Part shown: positions 32,141 to 42,894 of the stretch, piece by piece
Numbering within the stretch: the first letter of the stretch is position 1
How the letters are laid out: every line of letters starts with the position of its first letter
NCBI GenBank assembly: GCA_019090315.1
Contig: JAHRWD010000014.1
Coordinates: 9 to 64,008 of the forward strand
Source: Pseudomonadales bacterium
Lineage (GTDB): Bacteria; Pseudomonadota; Gammaproteobacteria; Pseudomonadales; JAHRWD01
Length of the DNA: 64,000 nucleotides
Reading direction: 5' to 3'
Translations under genes and position numbers: made by a program
Notes under the pieces: model-generated
Told to the model about the DNA's origin: nothing
The model's database searches: none
Seen by the model: the letters and a program-made list of their open reading frames with translations, nothing else

Positions 32141-32167
32141 AAACCTTTGCATGAGAGCAAGGGTCTC
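32141..32167. repeat. Short hairpin resembling fused termini of the 138-bp palindromic element
   Basis: AAACCTTTGCATGAGAG matches the left end of the element, AGACCTTTGCACGAGAG, at 15/17 positions. It is followed by GCAAGGGTCTC (element right end: GCGAAGGTCTC). It forms a ~10-bp stem. Confidence 0.3.
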
Positions 32168-32365
32168 GGATAGTACAAATATCGAGGAACTGCCGATTTC
32201 GTCTAAAAAACCAACAATCCGATCAAATTTTAATCAATTCAGCCGTTGGATGGGCTAATTCTAACTTTTTTTAAAAACGATGTAATCTGTTTCGGTGCTT
32301 TTGTTGTGCAGAATCAACAGATAGTTCTGTTTTTCGTCGTTCACACCAGGACAATCACCGCTATT

Positions 32366-33109
32366 TTAGGCCATATAAAGCCCGCCATTCACGTGCAAGG
32401 TCTCGCCAGTAACGTATCCCGCAAGATCAGAACAAAGAAAGGCGACCACGGCCGCAACTTCTTCAGCAGAACCAAGACGATTCAAAGGTATTTGCGAGGC
32501 CAGTGAATCCCGTTGGGACTCCTCAAGCGCTTTGGTCATATCGGTATCAATAAAACCGGGAGCGACGGAGTTCACCGTAACTCCTCGGCTGCCAATCTCT
32601 CTGGCCAGAGCCCTGGTGAAGCCTTCAACACCCGCTTTCGATGCTGCATAGTTGGTTTGCCCGGCGTTACCCATTGACCCCACTACAGAGCTGACATTCA
32701 CGATCCGCCCCCATCTGGCTTTACTCATACCTCGTATACATGCCTTGGAGACACTATACATGGAACCAAGGTTGGTGCTGATCACATCCTGCCATTCGTC
32801 CGGTTTCATTCGCATCAGCAGATTGTCTTTGGTAATTCCGGCATTATTTACCAGGATTTCAGGCGCACCGTATTGTTCCTGAATCTGCTTTATCACCGCT
32901 GCAATTTCATCGGCATCGGTTACGTTGAGCTTAAATCCCTGACCCTTAATACCTTCATCGTTAAACCGCTGAGTAATCGTCTCAGCGCCCTTGTCGGTTG
33001 TCGCGGTACCAATCACACAGGCTGACTGGGCACCAAGCGCAGCTGCAATGGCTCGCCCAATGCCCCGGCTAGCCCCGGTAACTAATGCTACTTTTCCTTC
33101 TAAATTCAT
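32366..33109 (-). CDS. fabG: 3-oxoacyl-ACP reductase
   Basis: MNLEGKVALVTGASRGIG... The ATG at 33109 has GGAG upstream and gives 247 aa. The ORF-track start at 33142 is an extension. Confidence 0.96.
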   Translation of the reverse strand: MNLEGKVALVTGASRGIGRAIAAALGAQSACVIGTATTDKGAETITQRFNDEGIKGQGFKLNVTDADEIAAVIKQIQEQYGAPEILVNNAGITKDNLLMRMKPDEWQDVISTNLGSMYSVSKACIRGMSKARWGRIVNVSSVVGSMGNAGQTNYAASKAGVEGFTRALAREIGSRGVTVNSVAPGFIDTDMTKALEESQRDSLASQIPLNRLGSAEEVAAVVAFLCSDLAGYVTGETLHVNGGLYMA

Positions 33110-33150
33110 TGTCAAACTCCAGAAAAATTCATAACCAGCCAACTTTACGG

Positions 33151-34095
33151 CTAACTGCCACCAATAGTTTCCAGTGCCGCAGCAAAACCAGCAGCCTCTG
33201 AAACGGGATATGCCGAAATTGAACGATCAATCCGTTTGGCAAGCCCGCATAACACCTTACCTGGGCCTGCTTCTACCAGTGTATCTATATTTTTAGCTGC
33301 CATTCTCTGCACTGATTCGGACCAACGCACCGGATTGTATAGCTGGGCGACCAGGTTTTCACGAAGCTGCTCTGGCGCGGCACAAAAATCAGCGGTAACG
33401 TTTTGCACCACCTCGATTTCAGGCTGTTTAATTTCAATCGTTGCCAGATCTGCCGACAGTTTTTCCGCCGCTGGCTTCATCAGGGCACAATGTGAAGGTA
33501 CGCTGACCGCCAAAGGCATTACGCGTTTTGCGCCCTTATCCTTTGCGATGACCATTGCCCGTTCGATTGCTTCCGCATTACCAGCGATAGCAATCTGCCC
33601 TGGGGAGTTATAATTCACAGCTGAAACCACCTGGCCCTGAGCTGCCTCGTCACACACGGCAACCACTGCATCATCCTCAAGCCCGATAATAACCGCCATT
33701 GCGCCTTCGCCTGCCGGAACCGCTGCCTGCATATATTGACCACGGGACTGGACAAGTTTTACCGCATCGGTAAATCCAATTGCACCCGAGCAGACCATCG
33801 CAGAATACTCTCCCAGGCTATGACCTGCCATCACCGCCGGCCTGACATCGCTACGATCCTGCCAAAGCCGCCAAAGAGAAACGCTTGCAGTCAATAAAGC
33901 AGGCTGGGTAACTTCAGTTTTCGCAAGTTTAGAATCAGGATCATTCTGACAGAGACCCCAAAGATCATACCCAAGCACCTCAGACGCCTCGGAAAAACAT
34001 TGCTGAATAATAGAGCTATCGGCTGCCAGATCCGCAAGCATACCTTCATGCTGAGAACCCTGACCGGGAAAAACAAACGCAATATTGTTACTCAT
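33151..34095 (-). CDS. fabD: Malonyl CoA-ACP transacylase
   Basis: FVFPGQGSQ...GHSLGEYSA motifs. Confidence 0.97.
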   Translation of the reverse strand: MSNNIAFVFPGQGSQHEGMLADLAADSSIIQQCFSEASEVLGYDLWGLCQNDPDSKLAKTEVTQPALLTASVSLWRLWQDRSDVRPAVMAGHSLGEYSAMVCSGAIGFTDAVKLVQSRGQYMQAAVPAGEGAMAVIIGLEDDAVVAVCDEAAQGQVVSAVNYNSPGQIAIAGNAEAIERAMVIAKDKGAKRVMPLAVSVPSHCALMKPAAEKLSADLATIEIKQPEIEVVQNVTADFCAAPEQLRENLVAQLYNPVRWSESVQRMAAKNIDTLVEAGPGKVLCGLAKRIDRSISAYPVSEAAGFAAALETIGGS

Positions 34096-34168
34096 TTCAA
34101 ACCTCGTGGTCGTTCGATGCTGGCCTCGTCGACTGTGTCGTAGAGACTCTTTTATTGTTAGAAACTGG

Positions 34169-35206
34169 TTATATACAGGAACCGTTCAATTGCTCAATCC
34201 GCTCATGGATACGTGTTGGCAAATCAAATCTCGCATGGGCGCTAGCGGTATGAAGAGCGCGCTCAAATGCAGACTGATCCGCTGCACCATGGCTCTTTAT
34301 CACCGTACCCTGTAAGCCCAAAAAACTTGCGCCGTTAAACCGGCCCGGATCGATCTGATGTCGAACCCTCGCCAATAACGGCGATATTTTATCTGAATCC
34401 CGCGCAGAAAGTTGCTCCTTCTGCAACTGTTGCTCAACTCTCTGATCTACCATTGCCGCAACACTCTCCATGGTTTTTAGCATCACGTTGCCAACAAAAC
34501 CATCACAAACCGCAATATCGACTTTCCCTTCAAAGATATCGTTGGCTTCGATAAACCCAACATAGTTAAGGTCATCAATCTCACGAATCAGTAGATCAGC
34601 AGCCTGCACCAGCTCATTACCTTTTCCCGCCTCTTTGCCCATATTCAGCAGGCCAATACGTGGTGAAGATACGCCGTAGACAAGATTTGTCATGGCATTG
34701 GCCATAACCGCAAACTGGGACAGGTAGCGGGGCTGAGCCGCCGCATTTGCTCCCAGATCCAGCACAAAACACCGCCCTTCAAGGGTGGGAAAAGCGCTGA
34801 CAATCGCTGGCCGATCTATACCGGGATAGGTTTTTAACAGGTGGCAGCCAATCGCCATCAAGGCACCGGTATTTCCACCACTGACACAGGCATCTACACG
34901 ACCCTGGCTTACTAGCTCAATGGCGCGATAGGTGGAAGAATTTTTCTTTTTGCGAAGCGCCACGGATGGTTTGTCATCCATCTCAATAACGTCGGGAGTA
35001 TGAACAATGGCAATTCGTTCTGGGTGATGGGTACCGGACTGGGCCATCGAGGTGTCGATCTGGGCCTCAATCTGAGACTGGTCACCCACCAGGGTTAGAG
35101 ACAGGCCGGGAGACTGCTCAAGTACAGCAAGAGAAGCGGGGATTGTTACGGCAGGGCCAAAGTCCCCGCCCATAACATCTACCGCCAGATGAGTGACGGA
35201 GTCCAA
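34169..35206 (-). CDS. plsX: Phosphate acyltransferase PlsX
   Basis: LAVDVMGGDFGP... The TTG start at 35206 lies 3 nt after the rpmF stop. Confidence 0.95.
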   Translation of the reverse strand: MDSVTHLAVDVMGGDFGPAVTIPASLAVLEQSPGLSLTLVGDQSQIEAQIDTSMAQSGTHHPERIAIVHTPDVIEMDDKPSVALRKKKNSSTYRAIELVSQGRVDACVSGGNTGALMAIGCHLLKTYPGIDRPAIVSAFPTLEGRCFVLDLGANAAAQPRYLSQFAVMANAMTNLVYGVSSPRIGLLNMGKEAGKGNELVQAADLLIREIDDLNYVGFIEANDIFEGKVDIAVCDGFVGNVMLKTMESVAAMVDQRVEQQLQKEQLSARDSDKISPLLARVRHQIDPGRFNGASFLGLQGTVIKSHGAADQSAFERALHTASAHARFDLPTRIHERIEQLNGSCI

Positions 35207-35209
35207 CGT

Positions 35210-35392
35210 TTAATCTTCGGAGCTGATCTCTAGTACTTTTTTACCTTTGTAAAAACCATCTGCAGTCACATGATGACGACGATGGGTTTCACCGGTAGTT
35301 GGATCAATTGAAAGTGTTGGACCAGACAGCGCATCATGAGAGCGTCGCATTCCACGTCGTGAACGGGTCACTTTACTTTTTTGTACAGCCAT
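35210..35392 (-). CDS. rpmF: 50S ribosomal protein L32
   Basis: [22 protein letters not shown]... Confidence 0.97.
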   Translation of the reverse strand: MAVQKSKVTRSRRGMRRSHDALSGPTLSIDPTTGETHRRHHVTADGFYKGKKVLEISSED

Positions 35393-35422
35393 GACTTGTA
35401 TACCTTAATTTTTGAACAAAAT

Positions 35423-35938
35423 TTAGTGTTTCAGGACCTCTAATACACTAAAAGGATTATCTACCGAAGACTCACCTTCAGAATCTTCTACCTGTTTTTT
35501 ATCATCTACATAACCACATGCAGAATCATGATATGCCACGATAGGCACAGCGAGGATCAAATCGTCCTCAACCAGGGATCGTAATGCCACTATCCCCGGT
35601 TTCTCCACCAATATCGGATCGTATCTGTCCGGTAGCTGGCTAGCTGCATCATCATCCGCAACCAACGCGAGAGCAATTACCGCACGCAAATCAAATATCA
35701 TCTCGCCCATACAACGCTGGCAGATCAGCCCTACCTTGGTTGAGGCAGAACCGATAATGGTTGTAAAGCCCTGATCATCCGTACCAAACTCTAGTTCCAG
35801 CTCCACCAGACCGTCTGATCTAGTAAGCTGTTCACACAGGCGTTCTAGCTTATCAAGCGGAATATTTCCGCCAACAACGATACGTCGCTGCGCCAGTTTT
35901 GCGGGATGAACCGTATGTGGAAGACGCTCGGATTGCAT
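35423..35938 (-). CDS. yceD: YceD (DUF177) 23S rRNA accumulation protein
   Basis: 171-aa acidic protein with a C.RC...C motif, immediately upstream of rpmF as in other gammaproteobacteria. Confidence 0.88.
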   Translation of the reverse strand: MQSERLPHTVHPAKLAQRRIVVGGNIPLDKLERLCEQLTRSDGLVELELEFGTDDQGFTTIIGSASTKVGLICQRCMGEMIFDLRAVIALALVADDDAASQLPDRYDPILVEKPGIVALRSLVEDDLILAVPIVAYHDSACGYVDDKKQVEDSEGESSVDNPFSVLEVLKH

Positions 35939-36032
35939 AGCCGCGCCATCATAGGGAGATCATCCTGAGCTGTCAAAAATATTTAGTGTATTTATGCAAC
36001 AGTTTCAGGGCACAGATTCACGATGTTAGGTA

Positions 36033-37052
36033 TCACTGCAATGATCTGTATTGATTCAACCCGAGGCTTTGTGCCAGCGCATTACCGATACTCACCCCCA
36101 GCCGATCAGTAAATCGCTTGAAAGGACTCGGTCTGACCGTGTAGTCAACCATCTTCTTTTCACCGATCACGTCACGGGCAACGTAGCCCGGGCTGCCGAG
36201 CCCATCAATCAGACCAAGCTCCAGTGATTGCTCACCGGTCCAGATCAGCCCGCTGAACAGTTTATTGCCTGGAGTTAATTTAAGGCGGTCGCCCCGACCC
36301 TCTTTTACTTTTCCGATAAATTGATTGTGGGTTACTTTCAACACCCCCTCCCAAAACACTTTCTCCTCCTCGACTACCGGAGAGAATGGATCCAGAAATG
36401 CTTTGTGTTCACCGGATGTGAATTTTCGACGCTCAATGCCGAGCTTATTAATGGTCTCTGTAAAACCAAAGCCCGCTGCGGTCACGCCAATCGAGCCGAC
36501 CAGACTTGCTTTATCAGCCCATATCTCGTCGGAAGCTGCGGCAATATAGTAGGCGCCAGACGCACCTAGATCACTGATCACAGAGTAGAGCTTCTTGCCC
36601 GGGTATTTGGCTCTTAAACGCGTCATTTCATCGTACACATACCCGGATTGAACCGGCGAACCTCCGGGGCTATTAATACGCAACATAACAGCAACGCTAT
36701 CTTTGTTCTCAAACGCCTTGCGCAGCCCCGCAACAATACTGTCGGCATTGGCATCCTGATTGGAGGCAATCACACCGATCACATCCACAAATGCGGTGTG
36801 AGCGCCCTTGCTGGGCATCGATTCGTCAAATACCTCATTTTTTCCGGAAAACATCACCACTATAAAAAGTAGATAACCAAAACCCAGCAACTTAAAAAAG
36901 ATCCCCCAGCGTCGAGAGCGTCGCTGCTCCTTTAGCATCGAGCCCATGGTTTTTTCGATCAGCTTCCACTCTTTACTATCTCTGCTTGCACTCTTCGCAC
37001 TACCAGTACTTTTCCCCACGGGGGTACCTTCGCGCCATTGATCATCACTCAT
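36033..37052 (-). CDS. sppA: Signal peptide peptidase SppA, 36K type (S49)
   Basis: An N-terminal TM segment, then INSPGGS and ..ASGAYYIA.. S49 motifs. Confidence 0.9.
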   Translation of the reverse strand: MSDDQWREGTPVGKSTGSAKSASRDSKEWKLIEKTMGSMLKEQRRSRRWGIFFKLLGFGYLLFIVVMFSGKNEVFDESMPSKGAHTAFVDVIGVIASNQDANADSIVAGLRKAFENKDSVAVMLRINSPGGSPVQSGYVYDEMTRLRAKYPGKKLYSVISDLGASGAYYIAAASDEIWADKASLVGSIGVTAAGFGFTETINKLGIERRKFTSGEHKAFLDPFSPVVEEEKVFWEGVLKVTHNQFIGKVKEGRGDRLKLTPGNKLFSGLIWTGEQSLELGLIDGLGSPGYVARDVIGEKKMVDYTVRPSPFKRFTDRLGVSIGNALAQSLGLNQYRSLQ

Positions 37053-37135
37053 GCTATTTATCTCAAATTAACTCATAAAAAATCGAATTCTGCCGGTTTC
37101 CGCTAAATAATAGACTATTCAGTATGCCCAGCCTG

Positions 37136-38107
37136 TTATGTATCGTCAGGGAGCGACTTCAACCCATCTACAAGTTTCTTCTCAAGGGGCGCTTCAACCA
37201 AAATGGTACGCCCTGTTTGAGGGTCCTGAAACTCCAGCTTGCCCGCATGCAAAAAAAGCCGCTTGAGTCCCAACCCCGAAAAAACACGGTTTGCCTCATC
37301 GTCGCCATATTTTTCATCGCCCACGATCGGGAAACCGGAATACTGGGCATGAACCCTGATCTGATGGGTTCGCCCGGTAATCAGGGTTGCCTCAAGCAAT
37401 GTTGCCTGAGTGAAACGCTGCATCACCTGAAAATCGGTACGGCTTGGCTTACCGTCCGCCGACACTACTACAATACGCTCACCTGACTTCTGGACATTTT
37501 TTTGCAGTGCGACCTCTACCCTGCGCTTTCTGGTAGGCCAACGACCCACCACCAACAATTGGTATACCTTGGTCATCGAGCGTGCGCGAAGCTGATTCTG
37601 TAGAGAACGAAGGCTTTTCCGGTTTTTCGCAACCAGAATACAGCCAGAGGTATCTCGATCAAGGCGATGCACCAGCTCAAGTCCCGACTGATCCGGGCGT
37701 AGTTTTCGTAACGCCTCGATCAATCCAAAACTAACACCGCTGCCGCCATGAACCGCCAGACCGGAGGGTTTATTGACCACCAAAAGGTTGTCATCTTCGT
37801 AAAGCACGCCGCGCTTAAGCTGGGTACTTACCCAGCCGGGCAACGCACCGGCGTGGGATTTCTTATCGAGGGAGCCGGTGCCTATAGGGGGAACCCGCAC
37901 GCGATCACCCTTTTTAAGCCGATATTGCGCATTTTTTCGGCCGCTATTTACCCGCACTTCACCTTTACGTATCGCGCGATATACCCGTGTTCTTGGAATA
38001 TCATCCCAATAAGAGATTAAAAAATTATCAAGCCGCTGCCCCGCCAGCTCATCAGGAATATCTACCATCGCCACCTGAAACCGGACAGGCTCAGAGGATT
38101 CAGCCAT
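37136..38107 (-). CDS. rluC: 23S rRNA pseudouridine synthase RluC
   Basis: An S4 domain (GQRLDNFL...), the catalytic HRLDRDTSG, and a divergent position relative to rne. Confidence 0.93.
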   Translation of the reverse strand: MAESSEPVRFQVAMVDIPDELAGQRLDNFLISYWDDIPRTRVYRAIRKGEVRVNSGRKNAQYRLKKGDRVRVPPIGTGSLDKKSHAGALPGWVSTQLKRGVLYEDDNLLVVNKPSGLAVHGGSGVSFGLIEALRKLRPDQSGLELVHRLDRDTSGCILVAKNRKSLRSLQNQLRARSMTKVYQLLVVGRWPTRKRRVEVALQKNVQKSGERIVVVSADGKPSRTDFQVMQRFTQATLLEATLITGRTHQIRVHAQYSGFPIVGDEKYGDDEANRVFSGLGLKRLFLHAGKLEFQDPQTGRTILVEAPLEKKLVDGLKSLPDDT

Positions 38108-38265
38108 TCAACACTCCCTACAGATTTTCACAACAAAACAACAGGGTTGATTTTACCCCGCCGACGAAACGCCATTCTACACAAAATACAAAACAACCCG
38201 TCATTGTTTAGCCCTTCGCTTGCTTACTAACCGAGAACGCTATATCAAACATAAATGCTTTTAAT

Positions 38266-38294
38266 TTGAAGGACTTAATAAAAGGTGTTATATT
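38266..38294 (+). promoter_or_regulatory. Sigma-70-like promoter candidate for rne (would give a ~700-nt leader)
   Basis: TTGAAG-N17-TATATT read from the sequence. There is no experimental anchor. Confidence 0.25.
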
Positions 38295-39011
38295 CTTAGT
38301 TAGCTGGGTCAGCCGTAACTTGCAAGCGATACGTTTGAAGTTAGGTCAAGTATAGAAAAACCACTTCGATATCACTTCACAAAATGGTGATTTCACCGGT
38401 CAGCTTATGAACCGGTGCTTCTTTACGAAGAAGAGTAGACTCCCGGCAATTTTTATATTCACACCTGATCGATATCAGAACGTGAAGCAACAAAACAGGA
38501 TTTATACTCCGGCCAATTAATGGCCGCAGAACAGATTACTTACTCGGCACACGATGTAGCCGAGCTAACCAATAGCTTTATATCTGCACCAACATAATCG
38601 TGCAATATTTTGAATAGCTTTGTGACGATCACTTAGCCACTCGTTTTTGAGATTTCAGCCGGACGGCTGTATTGGCCATAGCACACAGTGCACTCGCCAA
38701 CCGTTCAGTTGCTCGTTATACCGCTGCACAGCCAATGGTATAACGCTTGCGCACAGTGCCCGTGGAATTTTTAATACCATTGTACTGATTTTATACGCAC
38801 CCAATTTCATCAATATCGAGTCGTTGTTTTATTTACAGGAAAGAGAAGTAGCTGGGCGAAAGGTTTAGCAACCAACGAGTGAAATACTCTCGTCTCACCC
38901 ACAATCTTCTTGTATCTGCAATTGATATCACTGATCCACAAGCTGCTGGCTATAGCCGATTAGCTCCCTACATTGATAGTGCCCTCACCTAATTATTGGT
39001 AGCGGTACAAC

Positions 39012-41759
39012 ATGAAAAAAATGCTTATTAATGCGGCTCACACTGAAGAGCTGCGAGTTGCCCTTGTTGATGGACAACGTTTATACGATCTCGATATCGA
39101 AAATCGAGCCAGAGAACAAAAAAAGGCCAATATCTACAAAGGCCGTATCACACGAATCGAGCCCAGTCTGGAAGCTGCTTTTGTAGACTACGGGTCCAAT
39201 CGTCATGGTTTCCTTCCCCTCAAGGAGATCTCCCGCGAATACTTCAAGAAACCCCCCTCTGACATCAAGGGCCGTTTCAACATCCAGGATGTACTTTCTG
39301 AAGGACAGGAACTGATTGTTCAGGTCGACAAGGAAGAGCGTGGCAACAAAGGTGCTGCCCTTACCAGTTTTATCAGCCTGGCAGGACGTTACCTGGTATT
39401 GATGCCCAACAACCCGCGAGCTGGTGGCATATCCCGAAGAATCGAAGGGGATGAACGCACAGAGCTGCGTGACATACTTGCCAGCCTCAATATCCCGGAA
39501 GGCATGGGTATTATTGTACGTACCGCAGGTATTGGTCGTAGCCAGGAAGAGCTGCAATGGGATCTCCAATACCTGATACAACTATGGGAAGCGATCACAA
39601 ACGCTGCGGATAAGCCGTCCCCTTTCCTGATCTATCAGGAAAGTAATGTCATTATCCGTACCATTCGGGATTATCTACGACAGGATATCGATGAAGTCCT
39701 GATTGATACCCAAAGCGCCTACGATGAGGCGATCAATTTTATCAAACAGGTGATGCCAACCTTTGAAGATCGCATCAAACTGTATAACGATCCGATCCCT
39801 CTGTTTAACCGTTTTCAGATCGAAAGCCAGATCGAAACCGCATATCAGCATGAAGTTAAGCTGCCCTCAGGTGGCTCAATCGTCATCGATCAAACCGAAG
39901 CACTGATCTCTATCGATATTAACTCCTCACGATCAACCCGCGGCGCCAATATCGAAGATACCGCGCTCAATACCAACCTGGAAGCTGCGGACGAAATTGC
40001 CAGACAACTGCGATTGCGTGATGTTGGCGGACTGATTGTAATCGACTTTATTGATATGGGCCCCACCCGCAACCAGCGGGAAGTTGAAAACCGTATTCGC
40101 GATGCCCTGAAGGATGATCGTGCACGGGTACAAACCGGTCGCATCTCTCGTTTTGGACTACTTGAAATGTCGCGGCAACGACTGCGTCCGTCACTGGGTG
40201 AGACCAGTGCAATTGTATGCCCACGCTGTAATGGCCAGGGGACTATTCGTGCGGACAAATCCCTTGCACTGTCCGTCATGCGTCTTATTGAAGAAACCAC
40301 AACCCGTGAGCCAGGCTCACACATTCGTGCAGTGGTTCCACTACCTATCGCATCATTCCTGCTCAATGAAAAACGTGCAAGCATCAGTGCACTGGAAGCC
40401 ACATACAACTCAACTATTGTTGTGATTCCGAATCCGCACATGGAAGCACCGGAGCATGAAGTATTCAAAGTTAAGGAAGGCGAGAGCAACATACTCAGCC
40501 ATGAAGTAAAATTCACCAAACCCCAAGCAATAAACCAGGATGACGGCCCTGCACACCAGGAACCTGCTGTCTCTACAGTGAAGGCGCCCGATGCGCCTGC
40601 ACCTGCTGCGGCACCGGCCGGCACTGCAGCTGCTAATAGTGGCCTGGGAAGTCGTATTGGCAATGTGTTTGGTAAGATATTCGGTGGTGCAGACGAAAAA
40701 CCAGCGCCAAAACCAGAACCCAAAGAAGAGAAAACACAATCAAACAACACTCGCAGCAAAGGATCAGATCAGCGACGTAACCGCTCTGACTCATCCGGAC
40801 AAAACCGAAACAAACAGGGTTCGGGGAATCGTCAAAACCAGCGGCAGAAGCAAGGGCAAGGACAGGGATCGAACCAAAACAGATCGCGCCCGCAAAAGCA
40901 GGACCGACAGCAACAGGACCGGCAACAACAGAGAAAGCCATCCAACAAACCAAACAATCCCGATAACCAAAGAAAACCGGATAACCGCAATAAGCGTACA
41001 GCGAACGATGAACAGGGTTCCAAAAAAGGTGATGACAACCGCCAACAAGCGAATAAACGTCCGGCCCAACGTAAACCACGCAATAGCCATAACCAACGAA
41101 AAGATGGCGATCGCGCACCACGTACACCAGAACAAAAACCTGAAAAGCCTGCTAATCAGGAACAGGTAGCCACTGCCAACAAACCTGCTGCTGATACAGC
41201 ACAGGTTGATGCCGTGCGCAACCCGACACCTGCAACACAACAGCCTAACGCTGAGCCAAGGGCAAAACGCGAAGAAACCCCAAAACCTGTCCCAAAAGTT
41301 GAAGCTACTGCTGAAGCAAAAACAGAAAGCAAAACAGCCATTCAACCTGAACCCAAAAAGGAAAATCGCGCTCAACAACCAGTAGCTGACGCGCCATCCC
41401 AACAGGCCGATACGCCACCAGCCAAGCCTCAAAAACAGGAACCTAAAACATCTCCTGCTAAGGGCGAAGCTGAGAGCAATGCTCAAGCCATACCTCAGGC
41501 CCCGAAGCCTGCTAAAACGGCCACGGACGAGAAGAAAGCATCCAGCATTGAAAAAATCAACTCTGGCGTAAAACCAGCAGCAACAAACGGCAAGCCCGAA
41601 GCACCGAAAAAGCCTCGTCGAGCTTCCAATGACCCACGTGCCGGCCGTGCGAAAAAACCAAAAGCAACGGAAGCTAAAAGCGAACAGGCCGCATTTGAAC
41701 TAAAGAGCTCTGAGCCAACCTCTGCACCGCAGGAAACCAAACCCGAGCCGAAGGCCTAA
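39012..41759 (+). CDS. rne: Ribonuclease E
   Basis: [30 protein letters not shown]... S1 and catalytic domains. The CPRCNGQG Zn-link is present. An amphipathic membrane-targeting-like helix [16 protein letters not shown] lies at nt 40641-40688. The C-terminal scaffold of ~380 aa is low complexity and rich in R/Q/N/P/K. Confidence 0.97.
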   Translation: MKKMLINAAHTEELRVALVDGQRLYDLDIENRAREQKKANIYKGRITRIEPSLEAAFVDYGSNRHGFLPLKEISREYFKKPPSDIKGRFNIQDVLSEGQELIVQVDKEERGNKGAALTSFISLAGRYLVLMPNNPRAGGISRRIEGDERTELRDILASLNIPEGMGIIVRTAGIGRSQEELQWDLQYLIQLWEAITNAADKPSPFLIYQESNVIIRTIRDYLRQDIDEVLIDTQSAYDEAINFIKQVMPTFEDRIKLYNDPIPLFNRFQIESQIETAYQHEVKLPSGGSIVIDQTEALISIDINSSRSTRGANIEDTALNTNLEAADEIARQLRLRDVGGLIVIDFIDMGPTRNQREVENRIRDALKDDRARVQTGRISRFGLLEMSRQRLRPSLGETSAIVCPRCNGQGTIRADKSLALSVMRLIEETTTREPGSHIRAVVPLPIASFLLNEKRASISALEATYNSTIVVIPNPHMEAPEHEVFKVKEGESNILSHEVKFTKPQAINQDDGPAHQEPAVSTVKAPDAPAPAAAPAGTAAANSGLGSRIGNVFGKIFGGADEKPAPKPEPKEEKTQSNNTRSKGSDQRRNRSDSSGQNRNKQGSGNRQNQRQKQGQGQGSNQNRSRPQKQDRQQQDRQQQRKPSNKPNNPDNQRKPDNRNKRTANDEQGSKKGDDNRQQANKRPAQRKPRNSHNQRKDGDRAPRTPEQKPEKPANQEQVATANKPAADTAQVDAVRNPTPATQQPNAEPRAKREETPKPVPKVEATAEAKTESKTAIQPEPKKENRAQQPVADAPSQQADTPPAKPQKQEPKTSPAKGEAESNAQAIPQAPKPAKTATDEKKASSIEKINSGVKPAATNGKPEAPKKPRRASNDPRAGRAKKPKATEAKSEQAAFELKSSEPTSAPQETKPEPKA

Positions 41760-41787
41760 ACGCAGCAACCTGACGGTCGATACCATC

Positions 41788-41825
41788 GGGCCACTGAAAC
41801 AAGTCATTTCAGTGGCCCGGTTTTT
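41788..41825 (+). terminator. Rho-independent terminator of rne
   Basis: GGGCCACTGAAA (41788-41799) pairs with TTTCAGTGGCCC (41807-41818), then GG TTTTT. Confidence 0.85.
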
Positions 41826-41923
41826 AATCGACTACGCGGATTATTCAGCACGAGGCCTCTTCAACCGAACTCGTTTCCCAATAACAGCACCCTATCTGCT
41901 TCAACCTTTTCAGGGCTGACTTT

Positions 41924-42805
41924 ATGACCTGGTTACAGCTACGAATCGAATGCAACGAGTCTCAAACAAATACTATTGAACTCATTCTTGATCTCCTCGG
42001 AGCCGTTTCAATTACCTTTGAAGACGGTGCAAACCAGCCTCTGTATGAACCGCCGTTGGGAACGAATCCCCTCTGGCAGTTAACCCGCATCACGGCGCTA
42101 TTTGATGGGGATACCAACCAGCAACAATTGGTCGAACAACTCACCGCACAATACTCCGGATCCGGTCCGCTCAATTATCAAATCCAGCTAATGGAAGATA
42201 AAACCTGGCAGACCGAGTGGATGAAACATATCAAACCCGTCGCCTTCAACAACCAGCTATGGGTGGTACCTCAGGGTTTCGATATTCCTGAACCTGAAGC
42301 AACCAACGTCCTGTTTAATCCGGGCCTTGCATTTGGAACCGGCAGCCACCCTACTACAGCGCTATGCCTTGAATGGCTAACTCGACAAAACCTGAACGGA
42401 AAAACGCTGATCGATTACGGCTGTGGGTCTGGCATTCTTGGCATTGCCGCCTGCTTGCTTGGTAGCAAAGAAAATCACATGGTCGACATTGACAGCCAGG
42501 CAATTGAAGCCACGACCCAAAACGCCCGACTGAACAACCTTTCCTCCAAACAGATTCAATGCTATCTGCCTGAAACATTTCCCCATGTCCAGCGCGATGT
42601 TTTGATTGCAAATATCCTCGCCACTCCATTAATTGAGCTAGCAGAAACATTTTCTACCCTGCTACCATCAAGGGGTTTACTCGCTCTATCCGGTATTTTG
42701 GCGGAACAAGTGGAGGCGGTTCAATCTGCATACGAAACCTGGTTTGAGGTGATCTCAATCGAATCAAAAGATGAGTGGATTCTATTGAATGCAGTGCGCA
42801 AATAG
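41924..42805 (+). CDS. prmA: Ribosomal protein L11 methyltransferase
   Basis: MTWLQLRIEC...AFGTGSHPTT..DYGCGSGILGIAA motifs. Confidence 0.95.
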   Translation: MTWLQLRIECNESQTNTIELILDLLGAVSITFEDGANQPLYEPPLGTNPLWQLTRITALFDGDTNQQQLVEQLTAQYSGSGPLNYQIQLMEDKTWQTEWMKHIKPVAFNNQLWVVPQGFDIPEPEATNVLFNPGLAFGTGSHPTTALCLEWLTRQNLNGKTLIDYGCGSGILGIAACLLGSKENHMVDIDSQAIEATTQNARLNNLSSKQIQCYLPETFPHVQRDVLIANILATPLIELAETFSTLLPSRGLLALSGILAEQVEAVQSAYETWFEVISIESKDEWILLNAVRK

Positions 42806-42894
42806 CTCAATAGCATTGGTCTCACAGTTTTTATGCAATTTCTGCAAAACTATTAGATAATGGGCGTTTGGTGTAAAACAATCTGAAAGCGACC

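Noticed and set aside
38647-38868. 73-aa ORF in the rne leader
   Set aside because: It has no Shine-Dalgarno sequence, its composition is Cys-rich and odd, and it overlaps predicted leader hairpins. I treat it as non-coding.
39890-41486. Long minus-strand ORFs (289, 231, 164, 109 aa) and a 192-aa + strand ORF inside rne
   Set aside because: They overlap the low-complexity, compositionally biased RNase E scaffold region. Their products are repetitive Cys/Phe/Leu/Arg-rich strings typical of frame artefacts.
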